From NCBI GenBank assembly GCA_002269645.1, contig NIVC01001103.1, positions 248,001-312,000 on the forward strand: 64,000 bases of DNA, in the 5' to 3' direction. Both the position numbers and the translations under genes were made by a program. This document shows positions 34,901 to 48,469 of the stretch, piece after piece (within the stretch, counting starts at the first letter, position 1; every line of letters begins with the position of its first letter). A model generated the notes under the pieces. That model was not told where the DNA came from and did not search any database. It saw only the letters and a list, made by a program, of their open reading frames with translations. This stretch comes from Macrostomum lignano. Its lineage: Eukaryota.

Positions 34901-37900
34901 CGGAGATATGAAGCTTGGAGATATGAAGCTTGGAGATATGAAGCTCGGAGATATGAAGCTCGGAGATATGAAGCTTGGAGATATGAAGCTCGGAGATATG
35001 AAGCTCGGAGATATGAAGCTTGGAGATATGAAGCTCTGAGGTATGAAGTGTCGGAGATATGAAGTGTCGGAGATGTGAAGCTCGGAGATATGAAGTGTCG
35101 TATATGAAGTGTCGGAGATATGAAGTCTTGGAGATATGAAGTGTCGGAGATATGAAGCTCGGAGATATGAAGCTTGGAGATATGAAGCTCGGAGATATGA
35201 AGCTCGGAGATATGAAGCTCGGAGATATGAAGCTCGGAGATATGAAGCTCGGAGGTATGAAGTGTCGGAGATATGAAGCTCGGAGGTATGAAGTGTCGGA
35301 AATATGAAGCTCGGAGATATGAAGCTCGGAGGTATGAAGTGTCGGAGATATGAAGCTCGGAGATATGAAGCTCGGAGATATGAAGCTCGGAGATATGAAG
35401 TGTCGCAGATATGAAGCTCTTAGATATGAAGTGTCGCAGATATGAAGCTCGGAGATATGAAGTGTCGATATGAAGTGTCGGAGATATGAAGTGTCAGATA
35501 TGAAGTGTCAGATATGAAGTCTTGGAGATATGAAGTGTCAGATATGAAGTGTCGGAGATATGAAGTGTCAGATATGAAGTGTCGGAGATATGAAGCTCGG
35601 AGATATGAAGCTCGGAGGTATGAAGTGTCGGAGATATGAAGCTTGGAGATATGAAGTGTCGGAGATATGAAGTGTCAGATATGAAGCTCGGAGATATGAA
35701 GTGTCGGAGATATGAAGTGTCAGATATGAAGCTTGGAGATATGTAGTGTCATATATGAAGTGTCGGAGATATGAAGTGTCGGAGATATGAAGTGTCAGAT
35801 ATGAAGCTTGGAGATATGAAGCTCGGAGATATGAAGCTTGGAGATATGAAGTGTCAGAGATATGAAGTGTCGTATATGAAGTGTCGGAGATATGAAGTCT
35901 TGGAGATATGAAGTGTCGGAGATATGAACTCTTGGAGATATGAAGCTTGGAGATATGAAGTGTCAGAGATATGAAGTGTCGTATATGAAGTGTCGGAGAT
36001 ATGAAGTCTTGGAGATATGAAGTGTCGGAGATATGAAGTCTTGGAGATATGAAGCTTGGAGATATGAAGTGTCGGAGATATGAAGTGTCGTATATGAAGT
36101 GTCGGAGATATGAAGTCTTGGAGATATGAAGTGTCGGAGATATGAAGCTCGGAGATATGAAGCTTGGAGATATGAAGTGTCGGAGATATGAAGCTCGGAG
36201 GTATGAAGTGTCGGAGATATGAAGTGTCGGAGATATGAAGCTCGGAGGTATGAAGTGTCGGAGATATGAAGTCTTGGAGATATGAAGTGTCGGAGATATG
36301 AAGTCTTGGAGATATGAAGTGTCGGAGATATGAAGCTTGGAGATATGAAGTGTCGGAGATATGAAGCTCGGAGATATGAAGCTCGGAGATATGAAGCTCG
36401 GAGATATGAAGCTCGGAGATATGAAGCTTGGAGATATGAAGTGTCAGAGATATGAAGTGTCGTATATGAAGTGTCGGAGATATGAAGTCTTGGAGATATG
36501 AAGTGTCGGAGATATGAAGTCTTGGAGATATGAAGCTTGGAGATATGAAGTGTCAGAGATATGAAGTGTCGTATATGAAGTGTCGGAGATATGAAGTCTT
36601 GGAGATATGAAGTGTCGGAGATATGAAGTCTTGGAGATATGAAGCTTGGAGATATGAAGTGTCGGAGATATGAAGTGTCGTATATGAAGTGTCGGAGATA
36701 TGAAGTCTTGGAGATATGAAGTGTCGGAGATATGAAGCTCGGAGATATGAAGCTTGGAGATATGAAGTGTCGGAGATATGAAGCTCGGAGGTATGAAGTG
36801 TCGGAGATATGAAGTCTTGGAGATATGAAGTGTCGGAGATATGAAGTCTTGGAGATATGAAGTGTCGGAGATATGAAGTCTTGGAGATATGAAGTGTCGG
36901 AGATATGAAGCTTGGAGATATGAAGTGTCGGAGATATGAAGCTCGGAGATATGAAGCTCGGAGATATGAAGCTCGGAGATATGAAGCTCGGAGATATGAA
37001 GCTCGGAGATATGAAGCTCGGAGATATGAAGCTCGGAGATATGAAGCTCGGAGGTATGAAGTGTCGGAGATATGAAGTGTCGGAGATGTGAAGCTCGGAG
37101 ATATGAAGCTCGGAGATATGAAGCTCGGAGGTATGAAGTGTCGGAGATATGAAGTGTCGGAGATATGAAGTGTCGTATATGAAGTGTCGGAGATATGAAG
37201 CTCGGAGATATGAAGCTTGGAGATATGAAGCTCGGAGATATGAAGCTCGGAGATATGAAGTGTCGTATATGAAGTGTCGGAGATATGAAGCTCGGAGATA
37301 TGAAGCTCGGAGATATGAAGCTCGGAGATATGAAGCTTGTAGATATGAAGCTTGGAGATATGAAGCTCGGAGATATGAAGCTCGGAGATATGAAGCTTGG
37401 AGATATGAAGCTCGGAGATATGAAGCTCGGAGATATGAAGCTTGGAGATATGAAGCTCTGAGGTATGAAGTGTCGGAGATATGAAGTGTCGGAGATGTGA
37501 AGCTCGGAGATATGAAGTGTCGTATATGAAGTGTCGGAGATATGAAGTCTTGGAGATATGAAGTGTCGGAGATATGAAGCTCGGAGATATGAAGCTTGGA
37601 GATATGAAGCTCGGAGATATGAAGCTCGGAGATATGAAGCTCGGAGATATGAAGCTCGGAGATATGAAGCTCGGAGATATGAAGCTCGGAGATATGAAGC
37701 TCGGAGATATGAAGCTCGGAGGTATGAAGTGTCGGAGATATGAAGTGTCGGAGATGTGAAGCTCGGAGATATGAAGTGTCGTATATGAAGTGTCGGAGAT
37801 ATGAAGTCTTGGAGATATGAAGTGTCGGAGATATGAAGCTCGGAGATATGAAGCTTGGAGATATGAAGCTCGGAGATATGAAGCTCGGAGATATGAAGCT

Positions 37901-40900
37901 CGGAGATATGAAGCTCGGAGATATGAAGCTCGGAGGTATGAAGCTCGGAGATATGAAGTGTCGGAGATGTGAAGCTCGGAGATATGAAGTGTCGGAGATA
38001 TGAAGTGTCGGAGATGTGAAGCTCGGAGATATGAAGTGTCGTATATGAAGTGTCGGAGATATGAAGTCTTGGAGATATGAAGTGTCGGAGATATGAAGTC
38101 TTGGAGATATGAAGTGTCGGAGATATGAAGTCTTGGAGATATGAAGTGTCGGAGATATGAAGCTTGGAGATATGAAGCTCGGAGATATGAAGCTCGGAGA
38201 TATGAAGTGTCGGAGATGTGAAGCTCGGAGATATGAAGTGTCATATAAGAAGTGTCGGAGATATGAAGTCTTGGAGATATGAAGTGTCGGAGATATGAAG
38301 TCTTGGAGATATGAAGTGTCGGAGATATGAAGTGTCGAAGATATGAAGTGTCAGATATGAAATCTTGGAGATATGAAGCTTAGAGGTATGAAGCTCGGAG
38401 ATATGAAGCTCGGAGATATGAAGTGTCGCAGATATGTAGTGTCATATATGAAGTGTCGAGATATGAAGCTCGGAGGTATGAAGTGTCGGAGATATGAAGC
38501 TCGGAGGTATGAAGTGTCGGAGATATAAAGCTCGGAGGTATGAAGTGTCGGAAATATGAAGCTCGGAGATATGAAGCTCGGAGGTATGAAGTGTCGGAGA
38601 TATGAAGCTCGGAGATATGAAGCTCGGAGATATGAAGCTCGGAGATATGAAGTGTCGCAGATATGAAGCTCTTAGATATGAAGTGTCGCAGATATGAAGC
38701 TCGGAGATATGAAGTGTCGATATGAAGTGTCGGAGATATGAAGTGTCAGATATGAAGTGTCAGATATGAAGTCTTGGAGATATGAAGTGTCAGATATGAA
38801 GTGTCGGAGATATGAAGTGTCAGATATGAAGTTTCGGAGATATGAAGCTCGGAGATATGAAGCTCGGAGGTATGAAGTGTCGGAGATATGAAGCTCGGAG
38901 ATATGAAGTGTCGGAGATATGAAGTGTCAGATATGAAGCTCGGAGATATGAAGTGTCGGAGATATGAAGTGTCAGATATGAAGCTTGGAGATATGTAGTG
39001 TCATATATGAAGTGTCGGAGATATGAAGTGTCGGAGATATGAAGTGTCAGATATGAAGCTTGGAGATATGAAGCTCGGAGATATGAAGCTTGGAGATATG
39101 AAGTGTCAGAGATATGAAGTGTCGTATATGAAGTGTCGGAGATATGAAGTCTTGGAGATATGAAGTGTCGGAGATATGAAGTCTTGGAGATATGAAGCTT
39201 GGAGATATGAAGTGTCGGAGATATGAAGTGTCGTATATGAAGTGTCGGAGATATGAAGTCTTGGAGATATGAAGTGTCGGAGATATGAAGCTCGGAGATA
39301 TGAAGCTCGGAGGTATGAAGCTCGGAGATATGAAGTGTCGGAGATGTGAAGCTCGGAGATATGAAGTGTCGGAGATATGAAGTGTCGGAGATATGAAGTG
39401 TCGGAGATGTGAAGCTCGGAGATATGAAGTGTCGTATATGAAGTGTCGGAGATATGAAGTCTTGGAGATATGAAGTGTCGGAGATATGAAGTCTTGGAGA
39501 TATGAAGTGTCGGAGATATGAAGTCTTGGAGATATGAAGTGTCGGAGATATGAAGCTTGGAGATATGAAGCTCGGAGATATGAAGTGTCGGAGATATGAA
39601 GCTCGGAGATATGAAGCTCGGAGATATGAAGCTCGGAGATATGAAGCTCGTAGATATGAAGCTCGGAGGTATGAAGCTCGGAGATATGAAGCTCGGAGAT
39701 ATGAAGCTCGTAGATATGAAGCTCGGAGGTATGAAGTGTCGGAAATATTAAAGAGGTGCATTCGGAGATATGAAGTCTTGGAGATATGAAGTGTCGGAGA
39801 TATGAAGCTTGGAGATATGAAGCTCGGAGATATGAAGCTGGTAGATATGAAGCTCGGAGATATGAAGCTCGTAGATATGAAGCTCGGAGGTATGAAGCTC
39901 GGAGATATGAAGCTCGGAGATATGAAGCTCGGAGATATGAAGCTTGGAGATATGAAGCTCGGAGATATGAAGCTCGGAGATATGAAGCTTGGAGATATGA
40001 AGCTCTGAGGTATGAAGTGTCGGAGATATGAAGTGTCGGAGATGTGAAGCTCGGAGATATGAAGTGTCGTATATGAAGTGTCGGAGATATGAAGTCTTGG
40101 AGATATGAAGTGTCGGAGATATGAAGCTCGGAGATATGAAGCTTGGAGATATGAAGCTCGGAGATATGAAGCTCGGAGATATGAAGCTCGGAGATATGAA
40201 GCTCGGAGATATGAAGCTCGGAGATATGAAGCTCGTAGATATGAAGCTCGGAGGTATGAAGTGTCGGAGATATGAAGTGTCGGAGATGTGAAGCTCGGAG
40301 ATATGAAGTGTCGTATATGAAGTGTCGGAGATATGAAGTCTTGGAGATATGAAGTGTCGGAGATATGAAGCTCGGAGATATGAAGCTTGGAGATATGAAG
40401 CTCGGAGATATGAAGCTCGGAGATATGAAGCTCGGAGATATGAAGCTCGGAGATATGAAGCTCGGAGGTATGAAGCTCGGAGATATGAAGTGTCGGAGAT
40501 GTGAAGCTCGGAGATATGAAGTGTCGGAGATATGAAGTGTCGGAGATGTGAAGCTCGGAGATATGAAGTGTCGTATATGAAGTGTCGGAGATATGAAGTC
40601 TTGGAGATATGAAGTGTCGGAGATATGAAGTCTTGGAGATATGAAGTGTCGGAGATATGAAGTCTTGGAGATATGAAGTCTTGGAGATATGAAGTCTTGG
40701 AGATATGAAGTCTTGGAGATATGAAGTGTCGTATATGAAGCTCGGAGATATGAAGTGTCGGAGATATGAAGCTTGGAGATATGAAGCTCGGAGATATGAA
40801 GCTCGGAGATATGAAGTGTCGGAGATGTGAAGCTCGGAGATATGAAGTGTCGTATATGAAGTGTCGGAGATATGAAGTCTTGGAGATATGAAGTGTCGGA

Positions 40901-43210
40901 GATATGAAGTCTTGGAGATATGAAGTGTCGGAGATATGAAGTGTCGAAGATATGAAGTGTCAGATATGAAATCTTGGAGATATGAAGCTTAGAGGTATGA
41001 AGCTCGGAGATATGAAGCTCGGAGATATGAAGTGTCGCAGATATGTAGTGTCATATATGAAGTGTCGAGATATGAAGCTCGGAGGTATGAAGTGTCGGAG
41101 ATATGAAGCTCGGAGGTATGAAGTGTCGGAGATATGAAGCTCGGAGGTATGAAGTGTCGGAAATATGAAGCTCGGAGATATGAAGCTCGGAGGTATGAAG
41201 TGTCGGAGATATGAAGCTCGGAGATATGAAGCTCGGAGATATGAAGCTCGGAGATATGAAGTGTCGCAGATATGAAGCTCTTAGATATGAAGTGTCGCAG
41301 ATATGAAGCTCGGAGATATGAAGTGTCGATATGAAGTGTCGGAGATATGAAGTGTCAGATATGAAGTGTCAGATATGAAGTCTTGGAGATATGAAGTGTC
41401 AGATATGAAGTGTCGGAGATATGAAGTGTCAGATATGAAGTGTCGGAGATATGAAGCTCGGAGATATGAAGCTCGGAGGTATGAAGTGTCGGAGATATGA
41501 AGCTCGGAGATATGAAGTGTCGGAGATATGAAGTGTCAGATATGAAGCTCGGAGATATGAAGTGTCGGAGATATGAAGTGTCAGATATGAAGCTTGGAGA
41601 TATGTAGTGTCATATATGAAGTGTCGGAGATATGAAGTGTCGGAGATATGAAGTGTCAGATATGAAGCTTGGAGATATGAAGCTCGGAGATATGAAGCTT
41701 GGAGATATGAAGTGTCAGAGATATGAAGTGTCGTATATGAAGTGTCGGAGATATGAAGTCTTGGAGATATGAAGTGTCGGAGATATGAAGTCTTGGAGAT
41801 ATGAAGCTTGGAGATATGAAGTGTCGGAGATATGAAGTGTCGTATATGAAGTGTCGGAGATATGAAGTCTTGGAGATATGAAGTGTCGGAGATATGAAGC
41901 TCGGAGATATGAAGCTCGGAGGTATGAAGCTCGGAGATATGAAGTGTCGGAGATGTGAAGCTCGGAGATATGAAGTGTCGGAGATATGAAGTGTCGGAGA
42001 TGTGAAGCTCGGAGATATGAAGTGTCGTATATGAAGTGTCGGAGATATGAAGTCTTGGAGATATGAAGTGTCGGAGATATGAAGTCTTGGAGATATGAAG
42101 TGTCGGAGATATGAAGTCTTGGAGATATGAAGTGTCGGAGATATGAAGCTTGGAGATATGAAGCTCGGAGATATGAAGTGTCGGAGATATGAAGCTCGGA
42201 GATATGAAGCTCGGAGATATGAAGCTCGGAGATATGAAGCTCGTAGATATGAAGCTCGGAGGTATGAAGCTCGGAGATATGAAGCTCGGAGATATGAAGC
42301 TCGTAGATATGAAGCTCGGAGGTATGAAGTGTCGGAAATATTAAAGAGGTGCATTCGGAGATATGAAGTCTTGGAGATATGAAGTGTCGGAGATATGAAG
42401 CTTGGAGATATGAAGCTCGGAGATATGAAGCTGGTAGATATGAAGCTCGGAGATATGAAGCTCGTAGATATGAAGCTCGGAGGTATGAAGCTCGGAGATA
42501 TGAAGCTCGGAGGTATGAAGCTCGGAGATATGAAGCTGGTAGATATGAAGCTCGGAGGTATGAAGCTCGGAGATATGAAGTGTCGGAGATGTGAAGCTCG
42601 GAGATATGAAGTGTCGGAGATATGAAGTGTCGGAGATGTGAAGCTCGGAGATATGAAGTGTCGTATATGAAGTGTCGGAGATATGAAGTCTTGGAGATAT
42701 GAAGTGTCGGAGATATGAAGTCTTGGAGATATGAAGTGTCGGAGATATGAAGTCTTGGAGATATGAAGTGTCGGAGATATGAAGCTTGGAGATATGAAGC
42801 TCGGAGATATGAAGTGTCGGAGATATGAAGCTCGGAGATATGAAGCTCGGAGATATGAAGCTCGGAGATATGAAGCTCGTAGATATGAAGCTCGGAGGTA
42901 TGAAGCTCGGAGATATGAAGCTCGGAGATATGAAGCTCGTAGATATGAAGCTCGGAGGTATGAAGTGTCGGAAATATTAAAGAGGTGCATTCGGAGATAT
43001 GAAGTCTTGGAGATATGAAGTGTCGGAGATATGAAGCTTGGAGATATGAAGCTCGGAGATATGAAGCTGGTAGATATGAAGCTCGGAGATATGAAGCTCG
43101 TAGATATGAAGCTCGGAGGTATGAAGCTCGGAGATATGAAGCTCGGAGGTATGAAGCTCGGAGATATGAAGTGTCGGAAATATTAAAGAGGTGCATTCGG
43201 AGATATGAGC
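28903..43210. repeat. 14.2-kb satellite of mixed 15/16-bp units (GAGATATGAAGCTCG / GAGATATGAAGTGTCG) bounded by a 9-bp inverted repeat
   Basis: Array ~28990-43205. Inverted unit copies at 28918-28980. Termini GCTCATATC (28903) / GATATGAGC (43202-43210). Confidence 0.95.
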
Positions 43211-43620
43211 GCCCCCTCATACTGATAAAAACACGATTTGTCGATGGTAACAAAAATGGTTTTTTAAAATAAGAAATTTTTGCAGTTTTAAAACACGTGG
43301 GTAGGTACATTTTATTAACCAATATACACGTTCACTAGGTACTACAAATCAAATGCTAAACAAACTTCTGAACTAAATCAGCAATTTTTTAACTTTATAT
43401 TTAGCTATTCATATATATAAAAGAACTAGCGTATGCACGCAACAAGACTTGTGTTATTATTAGCCATACTAAAAAGGCTGCAACTGCTGACCGCACAGGG
43501 AAAATGACACGCTTTTAAAAGTAAAAAACTTCATTTTGTCAGACAAATCTTAGAGTGGTTTAAGCAGTGTACGAAGGGGAAGACTAACACTGCAGTTCAC
43601 AGGAGCGATTCTTTCTCTGG

Positions 43621-44702
43621 CGTCAGGGGCGATTCTCACCGAATTCAGCGTCAGGGGCGATTCTCACCCAATTCAGCGTCAGGGGCGATTCTCACTGAAT
43701 TCAGCGCCAGGGGCGATTCTCACCCAATTTAGCGTCAGGGGCGATTCTCACCGAATTCAGCGTCAGGGGCGATTCTCACCCAATTTAGCGTCAGGGGCGA
43801 TTCTCACCGAATTCAGCGTCAGGGGCGATTCTCACCCAATTTAGCGTCAGGGGCGATTCTCACCCAATTCAGCGTCAGGGGCGATTCTCACCCAATTTAG
43901 CGTCAGGGGCGATTCTCACCCAATTTAGCGTCAGGGGCGATTCTCACCGAATTCAGCGTCAGGGGCGATTCTCACCCAATTCAGCGTCAGGGGCGATTCT
44001 CACCCAATTTAGCGTCAGGGGCGATTCTCACCCAATTTAGCGTCAGGGGCGATTCTCACCCAATTTAGCGTCAGGGGCGATTCTCACCCAATTTAGCGTC
44101 AGGGGCGATTCTCACCGAATTCAGCGTCAGGGGCGATTCTCACCCAATTTAGCGTCAGGGGCGATTCTCACCCAATTCAGCGTCAGGGGCGATTCTCACC
44201 CAATTTAGCGTCAGGGGCGATTCTCACCCAATTCAGCGTCAGGGGCGATTCTCACCCAATTCAGCGTCAGGGGCGATTCTCACCGAATTCAGCGTCAGGG
44301 GCGATTCTCACCTAATTTAGCGACAGGGGCGATTCTCACCGAATTCAGCGTCAGGGGCGATTCTCACCCAATTCAGCGTCAGGGGCGATTCTCACCGAAT
44401 TCAGCGTCAGGGGCGATTCTCACCCAATTTAGCGACAGGGGCGATTCTCACCGAATTCAGCGTCAGGGGCGATTCTCACCCAATTTAGCGTCAGGGGCGA
44501 TTCTCACCCAATTTAGCGTCAGGGGCGATTCTCACCCAATTTAGCGTCAGGGGCGATTCTCACCCAATTCAGCGTCAGGGGTGATTCTCACTCACTTCAG
44601 TGTCAGGGGTGATTCTCACTCACTTCAGTGTCAGGGGTGATTCTCAGTCACTTCGGCGTCAGGGGCGATTCTCACCTAATTCAGCGCCAGGGGCGATTCT
44701 TA
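43621..44702. repeat. 28-bp minisatellite (CGTCAGGGGCGATTCTCACCSAATTYAG)n
   Basis: About 38 copies. Confidence 0.97.
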
Positions 44703-44888
44703 CTTCGGTCACTTATGAGACTTGGGATGAAAAAAGAAATTTTGATTCGGTGCTAGGGGCAATCATTGCTGACTTATCAGAGGTCACATAAATTCCAGAG
44801 ACTAAAGAAACAGTTGATGGGGCAATCTAAACTGCAAGTGCAACAACAACAGACATTGATTGAAATGATTTATGAGCGCATCGATGGC

Positions 44889-47203
44889 TCACGGCATCAC
44901 CATGGCAATGAGACACATGAAAGAGCGCAAAGGTCCAACAGATAACAGTCGATAGATTACAGGACGCCGTTCCAAAGTGATACACTCTGCTCCGTACATG
45001 TCCACCAATATTGACTGAATCCGTCCGTCCGGCTGCAGACGGACTCGGACAGTGCTCGGACAGTGGACAATAGAATCGCTGAACAGGCTTTTCCGCCAGG
45101 AAAAATTATAGACTGCAACAATTTCGTCTGGGCTTGGATAGACAGCCAGCTGATTAGTGTGGCCCATGGGGTGGTACTTGCTAGCCCAGCGGAGCAGCCG
45201 GTTCACCTGCTTGTGACCGACGGCCCGGACTGAGATCTCCTCGTAGGTGACGGATTCGGCTAGGCAGGCCGGGTCCGGCTCCGACTGCCGCATCTCGGGC
45301 AGGGTGAACAACTGGTCCAGGTAGCGCTTCGCCACTAGCTGCGGCTGGGTTGGCTCCAGCTGGGGACAGCCATGATGGTGGGGAATAGGGGATCATGATG
45401 GTGAGGAATAGGGGATCATGATGGTGAGGAATAGGGGATCATGATGGTGGGGAATAGGGGATCATGATGGTGGGGAATAGGGGATCATGATGGTGGGAAT
45501 AGGGGATCATGGTGGGGAATAGGGGATCAAGATGGTGGGGAACAGGGGATCATGATGGTGGGGAATAGGGGATCATGATGGTGGGGAACAGGGGATCATG
45601 ATGGTGGGGAATAGGGGATCATGGTGGGGAATAGGGGATCAAGATGGTGGGGAATAGGGGATCATGATGGTGGGGAACAGGGGATCATGATGGTGGGGAA
45701 TAGGGGATCATGATGGTGGGGAATAGGGGATCATGATGGTGGGGAATAGGGGATCATGATGGTGGGGAACAGGGGATCATGATGGTGGGGAATAGGGGAT
45801 CATGGTGGGGAATAGGGGATCAAGATGGTGAGGAACAGGGGATCATGATGGTGGGGAATAGGGGATCATGATGGTGGGGAATAAGGGATCATGATGGTGG
45901 GGAACAGGGGATCATGATGGTGGGAAATAGGGAATCATGATGGTGGGAAATAGGGGACCATAATGGTTGGGAATGGGGGATCATGATGGTGAGGAATAGG
46001 GGATCATGATGGTGGGGAATAGGGGATCATGATGGTGGGGAATAGGGGATCATGATGGTGGGGAATAGGGGATCATGATGGTGGGGAATAGGGGATCATG
46101 ATGGTGGGGAATAGGGGATCATGATGGTGGGGAACAGGGGATCATGATGGTGGGGAATAGGGGATCATGATGGTGGGGAATAGGGGATCATGATGGTGGG
46201 GAATAGGGGATCATGATGGTGGGGAATAGGGGATCATGATGGTGGGGAATAGGGGATCATGATGGTGGGGAATAGGGGATCATGATGGTGGGGAATAGGG
46301 GATCATGATGGTGGGGAACAGGGGATCATGATGGTGGGGAATAGGGGATCATAATGGTGGGGAATAGGAGATCATGATGGTGGGGAATAGGGGATCAAGA
46401 TGGTGGGGAATAGGGGATCAAGATGGTGGGGAATAGGGGATCATGATGGTGGGGAATAGGAGATCATGATGGTGGGGAATAGGGGATCAAGATGGTGGGG
46501 AATAGGGGATCAAGATGGTGGGGAATAGGGGATCATGATGGTGGGGAATAGGGGATCAAGATGGTGGGGAATAGGGGATCAAGATGGTGGGGAATAGGGG
46601 ATCATGATGGTGGGGAACAGGGGATCATGATGGTGGGAAATAGGGAATCAAAATGGAGGGGAATAGGGGATCAAAATCGTGGGAAATAGGGGATCATGAT
46701 GGTGGGGAATAAGGGATCATGATGGTGGGGAACAGGGGATCATGATGGTGGGAAATAGGGAATCATGATGGTGGGAAATAGGGGACCATAATGGTTGGGA
46801 ATGGGGGATCATGATGGTGAGGAATAGGGGATCATGATGGTGGGGAATAGGGGATCATGATGGTGGGGAATAGGGGATCATGATGGTGGGGAATAGGGGA
46901 TCATGATGGGGAATAGGGGATCATGATGGTGGGGAATAGGGGATCATGATGGTGGGGAATAGGGGATCATGATGATGGGGAATAGGGGATCATGATGGTG
47001 GGGAATAGGGATCATGATGTAAGATAAGGATCGTGCCATAAAACAGACACACGCACCTGAGGCAGTTCTTTAACAGCGTTGACCTGCTCTATATAAGACT
47101 TGCTATCCAGTATAGACATCAAGCTGTTCACAGTCAACCCGGTGCCGATATACGCGCCAAAAATAGATGGCGTTATAAAAAGCAGACTGCGGAAATGCGA
47201 CAT
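44889..47203 (-). CDS. uncharacterised 205-aa protein, N-terminal hydrophobic segment + probable NTF2/SnoaL-like fold (paralog A)
   Basis: Exons 47203-47057 (MSHFRSLL...KELPQ|gtgcgt) and 45359-44889 (tccccag|LEPTQPQLVAKRYLDQLF...), phase 0. Aligns by eye to paralog B. Confidence 0.8.
45371..47015. repeat. 23-bp G-rich minisatellite (GATGGTGGGGAATAGGGGATCAT)n filling the paralog A intron
   Basis: About 70 copies. Confidence 0.97.
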
Positions 47204-47681
47204 GAGTCTGACAGGCTGAGCAGGATATGCATGCAGGCAAACAAGAATAAAAATTTGCCAGAATAAAAACGATTGTTAATCTTTAGATTTGAGTTTTGCA
47301 TTAGAGAGCGGCTCTGGGCACCCGCTGGCCCCATGAGCAAGCACAGGCTCTCGACTATAAAATGCACGGTGAATCATGTGAAACAAAATCAAACTAAGTC
47401 ATGAAACATGTCATGCTACTAAATGAATAACTGCTGAGTTATTAGCGAGCTGAAATATTTATTCTTGACCAAAAAAGTAGGGCGCATGTACAGATAACAA
47501 ACATTTTAAAGAAACTAGCCTATCTAGCATCGAACACGGAAGGTACAAGAAATGCACGATGAATCAGTTTTTTTATCATTTTGTAAACAGTTATTCTCAA
47601 TTAGATCTCGACTCAATTACGATAAATCAACCATAGCTATTGTTCGGCTTTCGGCTAACGACGGTCTGACAGGCTTTTGAC

Positions 47682-48337
47682 GAATCCACTGATGGGATTA
47701 ACATGGAAATAAGCGGAACCCACTGACGGGATAAACATGGAAATAAGCGGAACCCACTGACGGGATAAACATGGAAATAAGCGGAACCCACTGACGGGAT
47801 AAACATGGAAATAAGCGGAACCCACTGACGGGATTAACTTGGAAATAGGCGGAACCCACTGACGGGATTAACATGGAAATAGGCGGAACCCACTGACGGG
47901 ATTAACATGGAAATAAGCGGAACCCACTGACGGGATTAACTTGGAAATAGGCGGAACCCACTGACGGGATTAACATGGAAATAAGCGGAACCCACTGACG
48001 GGATTAACTTGGAAATAGGCGGAACCCACTGACGGGATTAACATGGAAATAAGCGGAACCCACTGACGGGATTAACATGGAAATAAGCGGAACCCACTGA
48101 CGGGATTAACATGGAAATAAGCGGAACCCACTGACGGGATTAACATGGAAATAGGCGGAACCCACTGACGGGATTAACATGGAAATAAGCGGAACCCACT
48201 GACGGGATTAACATGGAAATAGGCGGAACCCACTGACGGGATTAACATGGAAATAGGCGGAACCCACTGACGGGATTAACTTGGAAATAGGCGGAACCCA
48301 ATAACGGGATTAACATGGAAATAAGCGGAACCTACTG
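47682..48337. repeat. 34-bp minisatellite between the two paralogs
   Basis: GAACCCACTGACGGGATTAACATGGAAATAAGCG, about 19 copies. Confidence 0.97.
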
Positions 48338-48469
48338 AATAAGGTGACAGGGTGAAGGCAACCCAAAGTAGACAACCAGCACCAATACCCGCCCAAGCAG
48401 CTAAGTCTGCAGAGATCAAAGCGAGCCAATCAAAAGCTAAACTAAAACACAAAGAGCTGGCAGATTTCT

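Noticed and set aside
28990-43322. Long ORFs (up to 563 aa, YEARR/LHISE/MKLGD repeats) as proteins
   Set aside because: They are translations of a stop-poor 15/16-bp satellite and are open in several frames on both strands.
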